The notes under the pieces were generated by a model. That model was not told where the DNA came from. It did not search any database and saw only the letters and a list, made by a program, of their open reading frames with translations. A stretch of 64,000 nt of DNA. It comes from Spirulina sp. (GTDB taxonomy: Bacteria; Cyanobacteriota; Cyanobacteriia; Phormidesmidales; Phormidesmidaceae). This document shows positions 1 to 11,677 of the stretch, in pieces. Position 1 is the stretch's first letter. The number at the start of each line of letters is the position of its first letter. Made by a program: the position numbers and the translations under genes. The stretch is taken from positions 160,001 through 224,000 of the forward strand of contig JBIPSI010000003.1 of NCBI GenBank assembly GCA_044070495.1, in the 5' to 3' direction.

Positions 1-106
1 GCGGGATCGGTGGGCAGGGCTAAGCGACTCTTGGCAAACCACTGGGCAGGAACCATAGGGCATCAAGCACGGGCAACGCCTCCATCCTAGCCCAGTCGCC
101 CAGGCC

Positions 107-1801
107 TTACAGCGTGTACATCAACAGCAGCACTAGCAACCCATAGACCCCCCAGGCCAGGATGGGGGGAACCCCTAGCCCGGTGAGTCCCATCGTTACC
201 CCCAGGCCCACCAGCCCCAGCACCACCACAATCAGCAGCCACACCAGCCAGCACAGCTTAGACAGGGTGGCGGTCAAGCTATTTTGCTGATCCACCAGAA
301 TGGGCTGATCCGGGAGGATACGTTCTCCGGTGAGGATGAACTGGGCCAGGGACGGGTGGTTGGCGGCGTTGAGGGCGGCTCCATGGCCCCCGTGAAAGTA
401 GCGATCAAAGGAGCTTTCCTTGGGCGTATCGTCTTGAAAGCCGTTGTGCCCAGCGGTGCCGAGGTCGGCCCAGTGCAGCAACTCAAACAGACCAGGAAAG
501 ACGCCCACAATCCAGTCGGCGGAGGCAATGTCATTGCGGATGGCCTGCACCCGCCCCTCTGCCCGCAGCCGATCCCAGGGGTATTGCTTGGGCACCACGC
601 TGCCCGCAAAGGCGACATGGTAAATGCGGCAGGCCCGATACCGTTCTAGGGCGCTGGCCAGCAGATAGGTGCCATTGCTGTGGCCCACATAGCTGATCTT
701 GGCGTGGGGATACCGAGCCAGGGCTTCGGTGTAGCGATCCATAAACCAGCGAACGTTGACCTGACGCGCCCCAAAAAACAAAAACCGCAGCATAGGAAAG
801 TAGCCATAGCCCGCCGTAATCGTTTCTACGGATTGGCCCATCTGCTGGGCGGCGGTTTCAATGGCCTCACTCACTCGAATCGTCCACAGCCCCATATCGC
901 GAATGCCGTGCATGACAAACACCACATGGTCGATGGTTTGGCCGACATCCTGGCTATTCACCACGCCATCGCCCTCCAGTTGGTCGATGGGGGTGGTCGC
1001 GGCTTGCAGAAACTTGGCCCGACGATAGGGGCCAACCTCCGCCGCCCGAAAGTCGCAGATGGAGGAATGCCCCGTATCGCGGAGCTTGATGTAGCGAAAG
1101 TTGGCATCGGCCAGCACATCAATGTTGTCTTCCTCGGAGACCACATCGTCTAAATCCCCCAGCAGTTGAATCGTGGGCGGAAGCTGAAAATCGGCGGCTT
1201 GGCTGAGGCGAATCCACTGCACCCGCAAATTCGCCACAAAGGGCGATCCCCGCCGCATTTGGGATAATAGCTGGCCCAAACCCAGCCGAGGAATCGTCGC
1301 CCACCCAATCCGCTGAAGCACATACAGGCCCCAGGGGGTTGCTTTGGGCTTGAGATTAGACAATCCACGATTAATCGCCGCCATCAGCACAATGCGCTCG
1401 ACCTTGGTGGCCCAGGGCATGGGTTTGGCCTTGCGCAGCAGAGTTTCATCGTCGCCGTAACCCATGGCAATCAGGTAGGTTTTTCGGATAATCAGCCCAC
1501 CAAGGCTGTAGCCGATCAGGATAATTCGCTCGTACTGTCCTCCATCCCCCCGCTGGGATCGGGCCTGGTCGGCCTCGTGGATGTACTCCACTAGCTGATC
1601 AGCCACCCGCCGAGGATCGACATTCGAGAGCACATCGGCCCGATAGCGGGGCACCATCAAGTCCGCATCGGGTAGCCCCTCCCGTAGGGCATCACACCAA
1701 TCTTCGACCTGCTTGCCCAAGCCGTGCAGAATCACAACCAAGGTGGATGAGGCCCCGTGGGGAGTAGGGGTGGTGGCGGTGAGCAACCGGGAGTTCGCCA
1801 T
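107..1801 (-). CDS. Tandem (two-domain) alpha/beta-hydrolase-fold protein with C-terminal transmembrane anchor
   Basis: 564 aa ORF. Domain 1 has VVILHG and a GYSLG nucleophile elbow; domain 2 has VFVMHG and GHSNG. Two hydrophobic helices lie at the C-terminus. Confidence 0.75.
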   Translation of the reverse strand: MANSRLLTATTPTPHGASSTLVVILHGLGKQVEDWCDALREGLPDADLMVPRYRADVLSNVDPRRVADQLVEYIHEADQARSQRGDGGQYERIILIGYSLGGLIIRKTYLIAMGYGDDETLLRKAKPMPWATKVERIVLMAAINRGLSNLKPKATPWGLYVLQRIGWATIPRLGLGQLLSQMRRGSPFVANLRVQWIRLSQAADFQLPPTIQLLGDLDDVVSEEDNIDVLADANFRYIKLRDTGHSSICDFRAAEVGPYRRAKFLQAATTPIDQLEGDGVVNSQDVGQTIDHVVFVMHGIRDMGLWTIRVSEAIETAAQQMGQSVETITAGYGYFPMLRFLFFGARQVNVRWFMDRYTEALARYPHAKISYVGHSNGTYLLASALERYRACRIYHVAFAGSVVPKQYPWDRLRAEGRVQAIRNDIASADWIVGVFPGLFELLHWADLGTAGHNGFQDDTPKESSFDRYFHGGHGAALNAANHPSLAQFILTGERILPDQPILVDQQNSLTATLSKLCWLVWLLIVVVLGLVGLGVTMGLTGLGVPPILAWGVYGLLVLLLMYTL

Positions 1802-1942
1802 GGCAGCAACCAGTCATTATCACCACGAGAATAGCGGTGAATCTGCCTTAGCACCGTTAACTTTTTGTGGTTGAACCCCTGCTATCAAACCAGGCAACCG
1901 TTGCTAAGCTGCCATGAAAGTTTGGGAGGTCAGATCCTCCCC

Positions 1943-1985
1943 AAAAGCAGAACCCAACCCCCACAGCAGGAATTGGGTTCTGTTT
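1943..1985 (-). terminator. Probable intrinsic terminator downstream of eno
   Basis: GCAGAACCCAA...TTGGGTTCTGT stem followed by a T run on the minus strand, about 45 bp after the eno stop. Confidence 0.6.
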
Positions 1986-2030
1986 CGTTACACTCAGCCG
2001 ATCAGGCTAGGACAGGGGCGAGGATTTAGC

Positions 2031-3410
<1,380 letters not shown>

Positions 3411-3713
3411 CTACCGAGTTAAAGCCCTGAAATAGCGTACCTTTGGCAACGATTATCCGGTCGAGAGCCGTCCGGTCGAGAGCCTGCTTAGGGGAGACAG
3501 CCCAGATCAGACCTCTGCTCCTTGCCTAGGTGGATAGTACCGGAGATCGTTCCAGGGACAAGGAATGCTTACAATCCCCTAAGGATCGCTGTCCTTGGCG
3601 ATGGCCATCTGCCAACTCAGTCGCCGCCAACAACCCAGGGGCTATTCAGGATTTCCGAGGACAATCCAGGTGGGGATCAAGATTTTTCCGCAATCTCATC
3701 AAGCCCTGACAGA

Positions 3714-4115
3714 TCATCCCTGGGCTGTCGCCGAGAGAATACCCTGGCACTGGGGACAAAGGCCGAAAAATTCTAGGGTGTGGTAGAAAATTTTGAACTG
3801 GTGAGTCTGGTGAAGCTGCTGCTCTAGGGCGTGGACGGGGCATTCATCAATGGCGATGGAAATACCGCACTGCAAACAGGTGAGGTGGTGGCGATCCTCC
3901 TGGGGCAGGCTGTAGAGGGCTTCCCCGGAGGGTAGGGTACGCATTTGTACAGCCCCCTCCAGTTTTAGGGCATCCAGGGCACGATAAATCGTGGCTAAAC
4001 CCATGGTGGCCCCCTCCTGCCGCATTTCGATATAAAGGGATTGGGCGGAGATCGGCTGGCTCACGCCCTTGAGGGTCGATAGAATTTTTTCTTGACTGCG
4101 GGTGCGTCGCGCCAT
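3714..4115 (-). CDS. zur: Fur-family regulator, cyanobacterial Zur (FurB) type
   Basis: GLATIYRAL helix, HHLTCLQCG and HTLEFFGLCPQC motifs; divergent from purS. Confidence 0.85.
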   Translation of the reverse strand: MARRTRSQEKILSTLKGVSQPISAQSLYIEMRQEGATMGLATIYRALDALKLEGAVQMRTLPSGEALYSLPQEDRHHLTCLQCGISIAIDECPVHALEQQLHQTHQFKIFYHTLEFFGLCPQCQGILSATAQG

Positions 4116-4260
4116 GCTTGCTCGTTCGTGCTGCCTCTATTCTACCAACCCACGGGATGGGGTAGGATGGGGCTGGTTCGCGATTGATCCGGTAACCGTT
4201 GGTTCGGTTGCGACGGAGTTGGTTGCGATGTTTCCAGTTCAGTCCGTGGCGGAGTCGGCC

Positions 4261-4527
4261 ATGCCTCAGTATAGCGCTCGTATTTATGTCACCCTACGTC
4301 CGTCGGTGCTCGATCCGGCGGGTACAGCCGTGCAGTCTGGGTTGGCCCATATGGGCTACACCAATGTCGATTCTATCCGCATCGGCAAGTACATCGAACT
4401 TTCCCTAGAAGCCACCGACGAAGCTGCCGCCAATCAGCAGATCGACCGCATGTGCGATCAGCTTTTGGCCAACCCCGTTATTGAGAATTATCGTTTTGAG
4501 TTGGAAACCCTGGCGGTTCCGGTATAG
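4261..4527 (+). CDS. purS: FGAM synthase subunit PurS
   Basis: VTLRPSVLDPAG and LLANPVIENY motifs; lies upstream of purQ. Confidence 0.95.
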   Translation: MPQYSARIYVTLRPSVLDPAGTAVQSGLAHMGYTNVDSIRIGKYIELSLEATDEAAANQQIDRMCDQLLANPVIENYRFELETLAVPV

Positions 4528-4545
4528 GACGGCTGGCGTTTGGAA

Positions 4546-4573
4546 TTCAAAGTTCAAAATTCAAAGTTCAAAG
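4546..4573. repeat. Heptamer tandem repeat (TTCAAAR)x4, STRR-like
   Basis: TTCAAAG-TTCAAAA-TTCAAAG-TTCAAAG between purS and purQ. Confidence 0.8.
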
Positions 4574-4607
4574 TCCCTAGGACATCACACCTTACCCCTG
4601 CACCCCG

Positions 4608-5309
4608 ATGAAATTTGGCGTAATTGTTTTTCCTGGGGCCAACTGCGACCGCGATGTGGCCTACGTTACCCGCGATTTGCTGGGTCAACCAACGCGCATG
4701 GTTTGGCACGAAGACAGCGACCTCAGCGACCTAGATGTGGTGGTGGTGCCGGGGGGCTTTAGCTACGGCGACTATCTACGCTGTGGGGCGATTGCTCGAT
4801 TCTCTCCGGCCATGCAGGCCACCGTGGCCCACGCCAACCAGGGGAAATGGGTGCTGGGCATCTGCAACGGGTTTCAAATTTTGACCGAAGTGGGTCTACT
4901 GCCCGGTGCCCTGGTGCGAAATCGGGATATGCAGTTTATCTGTGATCGGGTGCCCCTGCGGATTGAGCGTACGACATTGCCCTTTACCGAAGGCTACAGC
5001 CAGGGCCAAGTCATCACCCTACCCATTGCCCACGGCGAAGGCAGCTACTACGCCGATGCCGCTACCCTGGCGGAACTGGAGGAACATCAGCAGGTGGTCT
5101 TGCGCTACTGCGATACCCAGGGCAACATCACCGACGGGGCCAACCCCAACGGGTCGCTGAACAACATTGCCGGAATCTGCAACCGCCAGGGCAACGTCTT
5201 GGGCCTGATGCCCCACCCCGAACGGGCGTCTGACTCTCTGCTGGGCAGTACCGACGGTTTGGCCATGTTCCAAAGCCTGCTTCAGGCCAAGGTTGCCGTT
5301 ACCGCCTAG
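4608..5309 (+). CDS. purQ: FGAM synthase glutaminase subunit PurQ
   Basis: [26 protein letters not shown] and MPHPER motifs. Confidence 0.97.
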   Translation: MKFGVIVFPGANCDRDVAYVTRDLLGQPTRMVWHEDSDLSDLDVVVVPGGFSYGDYLRCGAIARFSPAMQATVAHANQGKWVLGICNGFQILTEVGLLPGALVRNRDMQFICDRVPLRIERTTLPFTEGYSQGQVITLPIAHGEGSYYADAATLAELEEHQQVVLRYCDTQGNITDGANPNGSLNNIAGICNRQGNVLGLMPHPERASDSLLGSTDGLAMFQSLLQAKVAVTA

Positions 5310-5399
5310 TCTGCCCCTGGCTACCTGATTCCAACGACGCGCTATTCCGATTCCGACGCCTTCAAGCATGATCTCTGCCCTTAATCGCTTGGTCTTGCC

Positions 5400-5849
5400 A
5401 TGATAGTGCTAGAAGCCCGTCCCCTCGGCTTGTTTCTCAACTGCGGCTACGGAATCTATCAAGGTTCGCAACGCGTGGCTAAGGTGAAATTTAGTGCCTG
5501 GGGATCCGGGGGAAGGGTGATCACTCCTTCGGGCCGCTACCGGGTAAGGCTGCGGGGGCATCTGCTCAAAAACACCACCTGCCTTATGCAGGGGAAGACG
5601 ACCGTGGCCGAGGCCAAATCTCCCCTGGTGCCGCCTGTAATTCGCCTTATTTATGGGGAGCGCACCTATGAAGTCAATATGCTGAACAATACCCTTGCGG
5701 TGGAGGAGGAGGTCGTCATCAACGCCTTTCACACCCAAGTACCACCCTGGTATCGGCGGCGGGAGCAGTTTACCTTACCCGATGCCCTGCCGCAGACCCA
5801 CCAACTTCTCCTCGTGTGGATGGCGCTGGAGGGAAAGCTATCGGACTAA
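5400..5849 (+). CDS. Hypothetical protein (beta-rich with C-terminal hydrophobic helix)
   Basis: 149 aa ATG ORF filling the purQ-purH gap; no recognised motif. Confidence 0.6.
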   Translation: MIVLEARPLGLFLNCGYGIYQGSQRVAKVKFSAWGSGGRVITPSGRYRVRLRGHLLKNTTCLMQGKTTVAEAKSPLVPPVIRLIYGERTYEVNMLNNTLAVEEEVVINAFHTQVPPWYRRREQFTLPDALPQTHQLLLVWMALEGKLSD

Positions 5850-5924
5850 CTCTAGCTTTTACCTTGATTCAGGACATCTGGCTGGGCAGTGCCACACCCA
5901 GCTAGATGTCCCAGGGGCATGAAC

Positions 5925-7472
5925 TTAGTGCAGGAAATGCCGCACCCCCGTGAGGGCCATGATAATCCCCAGTTCGTTGGCGGCTTTGATGGAGTCTTCA
6001 TCCCGGCGGCTGCCCCCCGGTTGCACAATGGCGCGAATGCCAGCGGCGGCGGCGGTGCGGACGGAATCATCGAAGGGGAAGAAGCCATCGCTGGCCAGGA
6101 TGGCACCCTGGGCCTTGTCTCCGGCCTGGGTGAGGGCGATGCCAACGGAGCCAACTCGGTTCATTTGGCCAGCGCCCACGCCGAGGGTTTGGTGTTGACT
6201 GGTGACCACAATGGCGTTGGATTTGACGTGCTTCACCACCCGCCAAGCAAAGAGTAATTCCGACAGATCCGCCTCGGTGGGTTTGGCTTCGGTGACGATC
6301 TGCCAGGTGGCGGGGTCGTCGCGGAGGGTGTCGGGGTTTTGCAGCAAAAAGCCCCCAGCAATGGCCATCACCGCCTGCTTTGGCCCGGTCAGCAGGTCTT
6401 CTAGCACCAGCACACGCAGGTTTTGCTTTTTGGCTAGGATGTCCCGCGCCGCCGCATCGCAACCGGGGGCGACAATGCATTCCAAGAACGTGCCCGTGAG
6501 TTGTTGGGCGGTGTCGGCATCGATGGCCCGATTCAGCACCACAATGCCCCCAAAGGCGGAGGTGGAATCGGCATCGTAGGCCCGCTGGTAGGCGGTGGCG
6601 AGGGTGTCGCCCATGGCCACGCCGCAGGGGTTGGTGTGCTTGAGCACGGCGGCGGCGGGCTGGTCGTCGGGAAATTCGGCAATGATGCGGCGGGCGGCTT
6701 CGAGATCCACCAGGTTGTTGTAGCTCAGTTCTTTGCCCTGGAGTTGTTCGGCTCCGGCCCAGCCCGTGGCCGTAGCCCCTGTGCGGTACCAGGCGGCGCT
6801 TTGGTGGGGGTTTTCGCCGTAGCGCAGGGTGGCGTGTTGCTGGCCGATCATGGCCCACTGGGGGGGCATTCCTTCACCGTCGCTATTCGCCTGGGTGAGG
6901 TAGGTGGCGATGGCTTGGTCGTAATTCGCCGTGTGCCAGAAGGCTGCCTGGGCGCAGGCTTGACGGAAGCTCAGCGGCACCTGGCCCTGGTTAGCCCGCA
7001 GAGCTTCTAGATAATCGGCATACTGGCTGGGCTGGCAGAGAATGGTGAGATAGGCGTGGTTTTTGGCCGCCGCCCTTACCATGGTGGGGCCACCGATGTC
7101 GATTTGCTCGATGGCCTCTGGCAGGGTAACGCCTGCCTTGGCAATGGTTTGCTCGAAGGGGTAGAGGTTGACCACCACCAGGTCGAAGGGGCGAATGTTG
7201 TTGGCGGCCAGATCAGCCTCATCCTGGGCCATGTCGGGCCTCGCCAAAATGCCGCCGTGGATGCGGGGATGCAGCGTTTTCACCCGTCCACCCAAAATTT
7301 CTGGCGATCCCGTATAGTCCGAAACCTTGGTCACGGGTAGCCCCGCTTCCGCCAAGGTGCGAGCCGTGCCGCCGCTGCTGACAATCTCAAATCCAAATTC
7401 GCTAACGAGCGCCTGGGCCAATTCCACTAGGCCCGTTTTGTCCGATACGCTCAGCAGTGCCAGCCGTGCCAT
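5925..7472 (-). CDS. purH: Bifunctional AICAR formyltransferase/IMP cyclohydrolase
   Basis: ALLSVSDKTG, GRVKTLHP, LRYGENPHQ and SDGFFPF motifs; C-terminal RHFLH. Confidence 0.97.
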   Translation of the reverse strand: MARLALLSVSDKTGLVELAQALVSEFGFEIVSSGGTARTLAEAGLPVTKVSDYTGSPEILGGRVKTLHPRIHGGILARPDMAQDEADLAANNIRPFDLVVVNLYPFEQTIAKAGVTLPEAIEQIDIGGPTMVRAAAKNHAYLTILCQPSQYADYLEALRANQGQVPLSFRQACAQAAFWHTANYDQAIATYLTQANSDGEGMPPQWAMIGQQHATLRYGENPHQSAAWYRTGATATGWAGAEQLQGKELSYNNLVDLEAARRIIAEFPDDQPAAAVLKHTNPCGVAMGDTLATAYQRAYDADSTSAFGGIVVLNRAIDADTAQQLTGTFLECIVAPGCDAAARDILAKKQNLRVLVLEDLLTGPKQAVMAIAGGFLLQNPDTLRDDPATWQIVTEAKPTEADLSELLFAWRVVKHVKSNAIVVTSQHQTLGVGAGQMNRVGSVGIALTQAGDKAQGAILASDGFFPFDDSVRTAAAAGIRAIVQPGGSRRDEDSIKAANELGIIMALTGVRHFLH

Positions 7473-7596
7473 AATCCTTACCCTATCGTTTCTGCAAGCC
7501 CTTACTATATCGAAAAAGGTAGGCCAAACCACCCCAGCAACCCGCCATGGGAGGGTCTAGCAGGGTGGTTACAGCCTTCAGAACGCAAGAATTGAC

Positions 7597-7752
7597 CTGG
7601 CTGCCTGACCCATCTCCCAAGTAGGTTGGGTAGTAGGTTGGGTGCAGCGAAGCGGAACCCAACACTCGCCGAGGATTTCGGACTTGTTGGGTTCTGCTAT
7701 CGCGCCACCCAACCTACGAGAGATCAAGGCTTTTCGGCGTTGTGTCAGTCAG
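7597..7752. repeat. MITE/REP-like element with GTAGGTTGGG...CCCAACCTAC hairpins; related copy at 42655-42780
   Basis: Shares GGATTTCGG..TTGTT.GGTTCTGCTATCG.GCCACCCAACCTA.GAGAG..CAAGGCTTTTCG..GTTGTGTCAGTCAG with the 42.7 kb copy. Confidence 0.75.
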
Positions 7753-7762
7753 GAGATTGACT

Positions 7763-8245
7763 TTAAATGGCTAGGCCCAACTGCACCCCCAGGAAGGCAT
7801 GGATGAACATCACCCCCAGGGCCACGGTGCCCAAGTAGGCGTGAACGGTGCGTAGAACGGGCTGCCCCCCGCCGAATTTGGTGATGGAAATGGCTCCGTT
7901 GGTGGCGAGTAGGCCGATAACTAGGGTTCCCGTCCAAAAGTGGGCGCTTTCAAACAGGGGTTGGCCCTGCATTACCAAGGACAGCACGCCGCCGGTGTAG
8001 CCCAGGGTAATAAACGTGAACATCCACAGGGCCAGGCGCTTGTGCATGGTGCGTTTCTCGGCCATTTTCTCGGCATCGCTGCCCAACCGCCCCTGCCAGC
8101 CCGCCCAGGCGGTGTAGGAACCCATCACAAAAACCACAATTCCCATCATCAGGGGATGCCCCCAGTGAACGATGGGTTCGGGGGTGCCAAAGCCCGCAAA
8201 CCAGTCGGCAATGAGCTGCAAAAAGCCGCGAATCGTTTCAACCAT
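7763..8245 (-). CDS. DUF4079-family membrane protein
   Basis: Four TM helices with conserved His motifs (WGHP, SAHFWTG, HAYLG). Confidence 0.8.
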   Translation of the reverse strand: MVETIRGFLQLIADWFAGFGTPEPIVHWGHPLMMGIVVFVMGSYTAWAGWQGRLGSDAEKMAEKRTMHKRLALWMFTFITLGYTGGVLSLVMQGQPLFESAHFWTGTLVIGLLATNGAISITKFGGGQPVLRTVHAYLGTVALGVMFIHAFLGVQLGLAI

Positions 8246-8324
8246 AATGTCCTCCTAAAGACTCTCTCCTAAACTCCGTCGATCACAACGTCCCTACTAA
8301 CCCACCCTTACGGGAAGCAAGCTA

Positions 8325-8625
8325 CACCCCCAGACCCTCTCCCAGGGAGGCTACAGCCCATACACATCTTGTTTTTAGGCCGCAAGTCCTTGGAGCTCCC
8401 CCTAAAGCCCTCTTGGGAAGGGGGACTTTGGATTCAGTTTCCCCTTTTGAAGGGGGACTTTGAATCCAGTTCCCCCCTTGAGAAGGGGGGCTAGGGGGGA
8501 TCAACCCCAGGAACCAAGCCCAATAGAGACTGATGTATGAGCGGTAGCCCAACCTAGGAGAAGGTCTTTGATGCGTTTCCGGCTCCCCTCGCCCCCTGGG
8601 AGAGGGGTTGGGGTGAGGGCCGCAA
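8325..8625. repeat. Cluster of GC-rich hairpin repeats; inner unit 8349-8549 bounded by an imperfect 16-bp inverted repeat
   Basis: CCCCCTAAAGCCC...GGGGGACTTTG and CCCCTC..CCC..GGGAGAGGGGTTGGGGTGAGGG cores. IR GGCTACAGCCCATACA / TGTATGAGCGGTAGCC (14/16). Confidence 0.75.
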
Positions 8626-8830
8626 GGACTTTGTTCTCTGTTGATCCTAGATGTGCAATCTACTGCAACAGCGTTCAGCGCGTTTGTTGCCGCGAACTCT
8701 CCTACCGTGCCATATTTTCTGGCCCCTAGGGGTTATTTTGCAGCGGTGATTGATGACAATCTTGATCCCAGGGTCATCGGGGTGGGGCAGCGGTTTGATA
8801 GAGTCGATACAGGCATTCCCCGATACTTTT

Positions 8831-9736
8831 ATGGCTGGTTCCAACACGCATTCTTTGGCTCCGGGTGTGCTGTGGAGCAAAATTCAGCACCAGACCCGCC
8901 ATGCCCTGGCCTGTGGGGCACTCCAGCCCATTAAAACCGAGTATGAGTTTGTAGAACAGGGAGGAATGCGGTTTTTGGTGCGTATTTTGGCCAATCTAGA
9001 GCGCAAAGAGCAGTACAACCGCAACCAGGCCGCTCAGCAAAAGCTCGGAAAACCCGTTAATCCCTTCCTGCCCTACGATCCCAACCTGTTTGTGGCAGAT
9101 TTATCCGACAGCCACCTGTGCCTGCTGAATAAGTACAACGTGGTGGATCACCACATTTTGATCGTGACCCGCGCCTTTGAGGAGCAAGATACCTGGCTCA
9201 CCCTGGCGGACTTTGAGGCCCTGGCCCTGGGGATGGCGGAGATTGACGGCCTCGCCTTTTATAATGGCGGACGCCTCGCCGGAGCCAGCCAACCCCACAA
9301 GCACCTGCAACTGGTGCCGCCGCCCCTCTGCCCCGATGGCAGCCCCCTGCCGGTGGATCAGGCTATTCGTCAATTGTCCCTAGCATCCGTCGATGCCTCG
9401 GTTCAGGTGCACCAGCATCCCCAGTTTCCCTTTCACCACGCCATTGCGAGTCTGGGCGGAGACCCCCCTGCCGCCGAAGCGTTACTGGCCACCTACCACA
9501 CCCTGCTGGATTCCCTCGGAGCCGACCGCAGCGCCCCCGCCACTGAATTTCCCTACAACCTGCTAGCCACCCGCCGCTGGATGATGGTAGTGAGCCGCCG
9601 CCAGGAGCATTACCAATCGATTCCGGTGAACTCCCTAGGTTTTGCGGGGTCGCTGCTGGTGAAAAACCACGACCAACTGGCCCTCCTGAAATCCCTTGGC
9701 CCCATGGCCATTTTGCAGGGGGTAGCCCAGGGGTAG
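8831..9736 (+). CDS. ATP adenylyltransferase / Ap4A phosphorylase (Apa2-like)
   Basis: NPFLPY, LLNKY, FYNGG..AGASQPHKHLQ (HxHxQ) and VNSLGFAG motifs. Confidence 0.9.
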   Translation: MAGSNTHSLAPGVLWSKIQHQTRHALACGALQPIKTEYEFVEQGGMRFLVRILANLERKEQYNRNQAAQQKLGKPVNPFLPYDPNLFVADLSDSHLCLLNKYNVVDHHILIVTRAFEEQDTWLTLADFEALALGMAEIDGLAFYNGGRLAGASQPHKHLQLVPPPLCPDGSPLPVDQAIRQLSLASVDASVQVHQHPQFPFHHAIASLGGDPPAAEALLATYHTLLDSLGADRSAPATEFPYNLLATRRWMMVVSRRQEHYQSIPVNSLGFAGSLLVKNHDQLALLKSLGPMAILQGVAQG

Positions 9737-9740
9737 GCTG

Positions 9741-9763
9741 GGGCGAGGAGACCGCGCCCCTAC
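9741..9763 (-). repeat. GTAG-type REP-like palindrome
   Basis: Reads GTAGGGGCGCGGTCTCCTCGCCC on the minus strand; family copies occur elsewhere in the window. Confidence 0.7.
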
Positions 9764-9818
9764 GGATTGACGGGCTAGAACTTAGGTCGATGGAATTTGC
9801 ATTAGGTGTAGCCTGACC

Positions 9819-10694
9819 CTAGCGATACTTTTGCAACAGCAGGCTGAGTTTATCGAGGGTAGCCTGGGGGGCTTTGTCTAGGGGCGTGATGATGGCGTAT
9901 TTGAGGGCCGAGTGGGCCTCGGAGGCGGGCGGGTTGGCGGCGATGCGGTTCACCACGTCGCGGATCACTCGCTGGGCGTTGGCGGCATTTTTTTGCAGAT
10001 TGCCAATCACCATCTCCACGGTGACACTGTCGTGGTCGGGGTGCCAGCAGTCATAGTCGGTCACTAGGGCCAGGGTGGCGTAGGCCATTTCGGCTTCGCG
10101 GGCCAGCTTGGCTTCGGGCAGGTTGGTCATGCCGATGACGGTGGCCCCCCAACTGCGGTACAGGTTCGATTCGGCCTTGGTGGAAAAGGCGGGGCCTTCC
10201 ATACACACGTAGGTGCCGCCCCGGTGTAGGGTGACGTTGGGCAAATCGAGACTCTCCACCGCATCGGCCACCAGCTTAGCCAGGGCAGGGCACACCGGAT
10301 CGCCAAAGGAAATGTGGGCCACCAGTCCTTCGCCAAAGAAGCTGGAAATCCGGTTGCGGGTGCGGTCAATAAATTGGTCGGGCACCACCATATCCAACGG
10401 TTTTGCCGCTTCCTTGAGAGAACCCACCGCCGAAGCCGAGATCAGGTATTCCACCCCCAGGGATTTCATGGCGTAGATATTGGCCCGGAAAGGTAATTCC
10501 GTGGGCATCAGGGTATGGCCGCGACCGTGACGGGCCAAAAAGGCCACCCGAACGCCATCTAGGGTGCCGAGGATAATCGCATCCGAGGGTTCTCCAAAGG
10601 GCGTGTCTACCCGCATCTCTTGGATATCCGTGAGGGCCTCCATTTGATACAGCCCGCTGCCGCCAATGATGCCGATCTGCGCCTGTGCCGCCAT
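9819..10694 (-). CDS. mtnP: S-methyl-5'-thioadenosine phosphorylase
   Basis: [27 protein letters not shown] and VTDYDCW motifs. Confidence 0.95.
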   Translation of the reverse strand: MAAQAQIGIIGGSGLYQMEALTDIQEMRVDTPFGEPSDAIILGTLDGVRVAFLARHGRGHTLMPTELPFRANIYAMKSLGVEYLISASAVGSLKEAAKPLDMVVPDQFIDRTRNRISSFFGEGLVAHISFGDPVCPALAKLVADAVESLDLPNVTLHRGGTYVCMEGPAFSTKAESNLYRSWGATVIGMTNLPEAKLAREAEMAYATLALVTDYDCWHPDHDSVTVEMVIGNLQKNAANAQRVIRDVVNRIAANPPASEAHSALKYAIITPLDKAPQATLDKLSLLLQKYR

Positions 10695-10744
10695 AGTTCC
10701 ACCCAGTCCTGCCAATACACCGCCCCCATCATATAGCGGTAGGT

Positions 10745-11389
10745 CTAGGCTTTATTGTTTTCGATGGCCCAGCGGGCGAGTTCGGTGCGGTTGTGCAGTC
10801 CGGTTTTGCCCAGCATATTGCTGACGTGGCTCTCGATGGTGCGCTGACTGACTTGCAGTTCCTCAGCAATCTCCCGGTTGGCCATGCCTCGGGCCACAAA
10901 TTGCACCACCCGCAGCTCGGTGGGGGTGAGTTCTACATCAAAGGGAACCTGGATGGCGGGGCCACCGCCGGCCTTCACCTGCTGCTTAATCAGTCGGGAA
11001 GCCTGCTTCAGGGAAGATTCGACCTGGGCCACCAGTTCCTCCGGCTCGAAGGGCTTGACCATGTAAACATCGGCCCCGGTATTCAGCCCCTTCACCCGAT
11101 CCTGGCTCTGCCCCTTGGCGGAGAGAAAAAGAATGGGAATCCACTCGGTGGATGGATTTTCTCGCACATGTTTAACGAAGGTGTGACCGTCCATTTCTGG
11201 CATCATCACATCGCAAATAATCATGTCCGGCAAATTGTCGTCGAGCAACTCCAACGCTTCACGACCGTTGCCAGCGGTTTTGACGTCGTAGCCACGAAAC
11301 TCAAGGTAATCTTTGACGAGCAAAATGAGGTTGGGGTCGTCGTCAATAAGCAATAGTTGCTTTTGGTCGCCTACGGTGGAATCCTTCAT
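10745..11389 (-). CDS. NarL/LuxR-family response regulator
   Basis: REC domain (LIDDD, DVMMP, KPF) plus LuxR HTH (LTPTE...ANREIAEEL...TIESHVSN). Confidence 0.92.
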   Translation of the reverse strand: MKDSTVGDQKQLLLIDDDPNLILLVKDYLEFRGYDVKTAGNGREALELLDDNLPDMIICDVMMPEMDGHTFVKHVRENPSTEWIPILFLSAKGQSQDRVKGLNTGADVYMVKPFEPEELVAQVESSLKQASRLIKQQVKAGGGPAIQVPFDVELTPTELRVVQFVARGMANREIAEELQVSQRTIESHVSNMLGKTGLHNRTELARWAIENNKA

Positions 11390-11677
11390 GCGCTGACAGT
11401 GAATGCAATAGCTCTATTTATCATTCCCGATTGACGGGGCTAGCGTACACTAAACGGCTACGAATTCTTGAGGCTAGCCATGTCAACCCACCAAAACAGG
11501 CTGAACTAGCCGTTATTGCTAGATGATACTCTAAGTCGCAGGTTTCGGCGTAATTCCAAGACAGGGATTTCCCGTAGACGACAGTCAGTTCTTTTAATTC
11601 TGGTTAATAGTCTTCCAGAACGGAGAGACGCTTCGTTAGGCTAGAGCTAACTTCTATCGAAACCGGACGCTGCTGTT

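Noticed and set aside
1..56. Possible start of a minus-strand gene (MVPAQWFAKSRLALPTDP...) running off the window
   Set aside because: Only 18 codons are visible, so it cannot be supported.
3714..7472. zur-purS-purQ-purH clustering as a new zinc-purine system
   Set aside because: These are ordinary housekeeping genes, and I saw no Zur box upstream of purS.
8322..8552. 76 aa ORF (and 24529-24711) containing PPSPP..GG
   Set aside because: These are translations of intergenic hairpin repeats rather than genes.
8325..8625. Repeat cluster as a CRISPR array
   Set aside because: No regularly spaced identical repeats with unique spacers, and no cas genes.
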